Assembly: GCA_000004985.1 (NCBI GenBank)
Contig: GG738846.1
Direction: 5' to 3' (one strand)
DNA: 64,000 nucleotides
Source of the DNA: Naegleria gruberi
Lineage: Eukaryota
In this document: positions 60,718 to 64,000 of the stretch, piece after piece
Layout: every line of letters starts with the position of its first letter
How positions within the stretch are numbered: the stretch's first letter is position 1
The notes under the pieces: model-generated
Told to the model about the DNA's origin: nothing
The model's database searches: none
The model's input: the letters and a program-made list of their open reading frames with translations, nothing else
Program-made: the position numbers and the translations under genes

Positions 60718-62514
60718 TTATAAAGCAGGCTGTTTATTCATTTCTGCAGTGGATGATTCTCCCTTTGAATTACTATTAAACAGTCTGTTAACAGCTCTTG
60801 TCAACTTGTCTCCATAAACAATCTTGAAAGTTTCTTCCTTAAATGTCATATAGGTAGAGAATGACAATACAGCAAATATACAAGAATCTAGGAAAATATT
60901 CCTCACAACCCCATAAAACACTGAAATCACATCGTATCCAAAAGCATAGGTCAGTACACACAAAAATACCACCAACCAATTAGCAAGGAACAATACAGAG
61001 ACAATCAAAATAAACTTGGTAAATCTATACTCCAAAACACCTCCATTATTCCTCCTCAATGTCAAGAATATTTTGACTCCATAAAAAGAAAATCCAATCT
61101 CAAAGGTGAATAAATAAATCAATGCAAATATCGCCAACACAACCCACGCATAACCATAATACGAAACCGAAACGAAAACTATCAGTGCAATAATTAGGGC
61201 AATAATCAATGCCACATAAAATACTGCAAGAATAATCTTGTTAATTTTGGAGAGCTTTCTATTACTTGCATCTTTCCTCTGTGATAGATCAATAATGTGT
61301 GACCACAAAATAACCATTGAACTATATCCACACAAAACACAAATTGCACTAATAGCTCTAAAAACTCCTCCAAAATAGGCAAGGAAAAAATCGTGAACTC
61401 CTGAAAAATTGAATAAAAACCTGAAAAAGTTTTCTAAAAATCCAGCAAACGCAGAAATGCAAAACCAAATAATTGGATGACTGACAATATCAAACAAGTG
61501 TCTGGTAAACCACAAAATAGTTTTGAATCGATTAGTTTCTTCAATATTGGTCATCATTTTCTTTTTAAATGAAACAATTCGCTCAGCAATTCTTGGAATG
61601 AAAACAAATAATATCAAAAAGAAGAACAAGCCAACATAGAGCAATGCAAAAAAGATTGCTGCATAGAAATAAGCCATTGGTGTCTGATATCGATGATAAA
61701 AATCATTACAAACAAATCCAAATGAAGAATATTCAGTCTGATAATCACACCAACATAGATAGGGAATATTCATTCCTATTTGTAAATTGAGAGAATTAGA
61801 TTGATTGAAAAATTCACTCTGTAATCCATATCTTTGAATGATGGGTTTGAAATAAAATTCAAAAAATGTTGGAAGTGAAACATTCTTCAAGTATAAACTT
61901 CTAGAAATGGTCGAATCTAAACTATATAAATAATTATAAAAAGTATTCTTAAAATAGTCTGATATTAAAAATGTATGATCAAATAATGGCACATTCACCA
62001 AATTATTCGAATTTCCATTACAATGTGATTGAATCACATGTTGATATAAACTAATTGATTGATTAAAAATGTTAAATATTGAACAAGTTCCATAATTTGA
62101 TTCTAAAAATTCAATTGTATCTGTTGAATTACAATATAAACAATAATTTACAATTCTCGATAATTCTATCAATGTTGACTTGTTTGTAAAATCCCAAAAA
62201 TTAAATTCACAAAGTTTTTCACAAGCAATAACAGCATGATTGGAAGAAGGTGAACAGAAATTTTCAATGGGTGTGTCAAAGGTGAATAATTTGGTAAAAT
62301 AATATTCATTGACTGGATTTAAATCGAGACATTCATGGAGTGGATAGTTTAATTTATCTAATAATTGATATTCGAAAGTTTCGTTAGTATTTTGGGGTTG
62401 CAATAAATGATTGCATAGAGATGATGAAGCTGTCATCATGATGACTAGTAACATCACATATTGCGCTCCGACATGGATTCTTGAAATATTTCTGCATATT
62501 GTGAAAGCTGTCAT
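60718..62514 (-). CDS. Seven-transmembrane receptor-like (GPCR-like) protein with a Cys-rich N-terminal ectodomain of about 270 aa
   Basis: It has a signal-like N-terminus (MLLVIMMTASSSLC) and many Cys in the ectodomain. Seven hydrophobic helices run from AYFYAAIFFALLYVGLFFFLILFVFIP to NIFLDSCIFAVLSFSTYMTF, followed by a short cytoplasmic tail. Confidence 0.55.
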   Translation of the reverse strand: MTAFTICRNISRIHVGAQYVMLLVIMMTASSSLCNHLLQPQNTNETFEYQLLDKLNYPLHECLDLNPVNEYYFTKLFTFDTPIENFCSPSSNHAVIACEKLCEFNFWDFTNKSTLIELSRIVNYCLYCNSTDTIEFLESNYGTCSIFNIFNQSISLYQHVIQSHCNGNSNNLVNVPLFDHTFLISDYFKNTFYNYLYSLDSTISRSLYLKNVSLPTFFEFYFKPIIQRYGLQSEFFNQSNSLNLQIGMNIPYLCWCDYQTEYSSFGFVCNDFYHRYQTPMAYFYAAIFFALLYVGLFFFLILFVFIPRIAERIVSFKKKMMTNIEETNRFKTILWFTRHLFDIVSHPIIWFCISAFAGFLENFFRFLFNFSGVHDFFLAYFGGVFRAISAICVLCGYSSMVILWSHIIDLSQRKDASNRKLSKINKIILAVFYVALIIALIIALIVFVSVSYYGYAWVVLAIFALIYLFTFEIGFSFYGVKIFLTLRRNNGGVLEYRFTKFILIVSVLFLANWLVVFLCVLTYAFGYDVISVFYGVVRNIFLDSCIFAVLSFSTYMTFKEETFKIVYGDKLTRAVNRLFNSNSKGESSTAEMNKQPAL

Positions 62515-62620
62515 TTTTTTTTGGAAATTTTGCTTGATTTTGAAGAACCGTTACAAATTTTGGCGTTTTACAACAATACCAATCATGAATGAAGTTCTAG
62601 CACACATTGTGCTGTGAGAT

Positions 62621-64000
62621 TTATTCATCATGTTGATGCAAACTTATTTGATTTTCCATTTTGGCCTTCTTAACTTGAGATCTTTGTCTGACAGTAGATT
62701 CCGATGAAGATTCTTCAAATCTAACATTGGATGATGAATTACTGCTACTAGTAGTATTAGTGGAGGTTAATGTTGCTGGTGGAGGAATCATTCTTTCAAC
62801 ATTGGCCATGGCAAGGTAAGGGAAGATGTGGACTTGAGCCATTTGGAGTGCAAATGCAATTGTTGGATTGGTTTCTGGATCTTCAATCAATTCTTGAACC
62901 TTTGTCTTGAGCCAAGTTTGGAAGAGGAAGACAACAACCACCAAAATAAGAATGAGGTAAATTGGATTTCTGATAATAGAATAAATTTCATCCCAACCTA
63001 AAACTACAAGTAAAATATAAACCCAATATGGAATATTGGCCTTATTTTGTTGAGCAATCAATTGAGCTCTTTGCACATCTCCGTAAATATTGTCAGTTCT
63101 CATAATATAATTCTCGTAGGCTCTAATACAGATATTTTCACTCATGATAAGGTTTTCTTCAAACAAGGACATGATATCCTTCTTTTCAACTTCATTTCCT
63201 TCATCAGTGTTAGTGGAGGACTCCTCAACCTTGACATGCTTCAAGACCTTTCGAATATCATCAGAAGCTGGGAATGCAAAATCACCAATACCTCCTGATT
63301 CATCTAACTTTGGTAAACGAAGGTGAATATCATCAAATTCACGATGATCTAATCTACAAAGGAAGAAAATATCAAGAATCTTGATGGCTTCTTGTCTAGC
63401 TTTGGTATAATCTTCCTTAATTTGCTCCATATTCTTCCAAGCTCTGAGAATGTTATTTTCATCTCTCTTGAATAAATCTTCAAATCTACTGGTGAGTGTA
63501 AGTGAGATTACGTTGGACATTTCTCTAACCTTGGTAACAATTTCATTTCTGGCAGCAACTCTAATTCTTGGTACAAATTTGGAACAATCAGCAATATCCA
63601 AGTCCTTGAGAGATTTGGCGAGATGCTCCTTTTCTTCGGTTACAACTTTGGTCAAGTAATTGGAAAGAGTAACCCAGAGTTTTTCAGTTGGTTTCGTAAC
63701 CCATTGATTAATATCTTCTCTAATGTGTTTCTTCATTTCATCAATTTGAATCTTGACAATCACTTCAACTTGTTTGTGTCTGTATTCTTCAATAATATTC
63801 TTAATTTCCTCTTCCAAAGATTCCAAGGATGGGTTAAAGTTGAATTGTTCATCAGAGTTCAATCCTGGATAGATGGATTCCTCAGCCAAACCAGTAAAGA
63901 AATTGGTGATATAGTCATGAGTTTGCTTTGTAGTATTGGTAAAATCATCAACAATTTCATTATCGTCAATCTTCTTTTGTACGTTGGAGAACATAAACTT
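62621..64000 (-). CDS. sey1: Sey1/RHD3 (root hair defective 3) family dynamin-like GTPase, C-terminal part only; the N-terminal GTPase domain lies beyond the right edge
   Basis: The long helical middle domain is followed by the characteristic TM hairpin IPYWVYILLVVLGWDEIYSIIRNPIYLILILVVVVFLF (compare RHD3 IPPWAI...LGFNEFMTLLRNPLYL) and an S/T-rich tail. The ORF is open to the window edge. Confidence 0.55.
   Translation of the reverse strand, partial: KFMFSNVQKKIDDNEIVDDFTNTTKQTHDYITNFFTGLAEESIYPGLNSDEQFNFNPSLESLEEEIKNIIEEYRHKQVEVIVKIQIDEMKKHIREDINQWVTKPTEKLWVTLSNYLTKVVTEEKEHLAKSLKDLDIADCSKFVPRIRVAARNEIVTKVREMSNVISLTLTSRFEDLFKRDENNILRAWKNMEQIKEDYTKARQEAIKILDIFFLCRLDHREFDDIHLRLPKLDESGGIGDFAFPASDDIRKVLKHVKVEESSTNTDEGNEVEKKDIMSLFEENLIMSENICIRAYENYIMRTDNIYGDVQRAQLIAQQNKANIPYWVYILLVVLGWDEIYSIIRNPIYLILILVVVVFLFQTWLKTKVQELIEDPETNPTIAFALQMAQVHIFPYLAMANVERMIPPPATLTSTNTTSSSNSSSNVRFEESSSESTVRQRSQVKKAKMENQISLHQHDE

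Noticed and set aside
1-64000. Prokaryotic interpretation (operons, defense or CRISPR systems, bacterial alternative start codons as suggested by the ORF track)
   Set aside because: Multiple genes have canonical AT-rich GT-AG spliceosomal introns that restore conserved eukaryotic protein motifs. The products are eukaryote-specific (VPS13, CSN4, RPB11, TFIIH p8, ALG13, TAP42, Sey1). There are no Shine-Dalgarno-type contexts and no CRISPR-like repeats. GTG/TTG 'starts' in the track sit inside introns or upstream of real ATGs.

Overview
This 64 kb window is a gene-dense eukaryotic nuclear segment, not a prokaryotic one. I see no prokaryotic-style system here (no operon, CRISPR or defense island); the candidate novelties are eukaryotic and are listed as findings.

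Evidence for a eukaryotic, dictyostelid-like origin:
- The sequence is AT-rich, roughly 30% GC, with N/Q/S-rich low-complexity protein tracts.
- Introns are short (43-270 nt), extremely AT-rich GT...AG introns with GTAAGT or GTATGT donors.
- Proteins show clear homology to eukaryotic families: VPS13, CSN4, RPB11, ALG13, TFB5/GTF2H5, TAP42, USP4/15-like, DHODH, stefin, Sey1/RHD3.
- Codon usage and gene density (about 33 genes, many convergent with 3' ends 0-200 bp apart) fit a dictyostelid-like amoebozoan. It is less AT-rich than D. discoideum.

A caution on the supplied ORF track: it uses bacterial alternative starts (GTG/TTG reported as M) and reads through in-frame introns, so I reset several starts and exon boundaries by homology and splice signals.

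Main observations, each detailed under findings:
- Two large genes carry single-base-type frame discontinuities: VPS13 near 42.9 kb and an S/N-rich gene near 1.5 kb.
- A USP gene has a 20-nt micro-exon flanked by 61- and 43-nt introns.
- A two-TM receptor carries a class III cyclase-homology domain with apparently substituted catalytic residues.
- An FtsJ-like methyltransferase lacks its C-terminal catalytic segment and shares stop-codon bases with the convergent TAP42 gene.
- A decayed roughly 77-bp duplicate of a neighbouring gene's 3' end sits in an intergenic region that also holds an orphan leucine-rich-repeat (LRR) ORF.
- A 1.4 kb ORF-free intergenic region has GC-rich islands.

All protein identities come from reading motifs by eye and from memory of family sequences; no database search was run.
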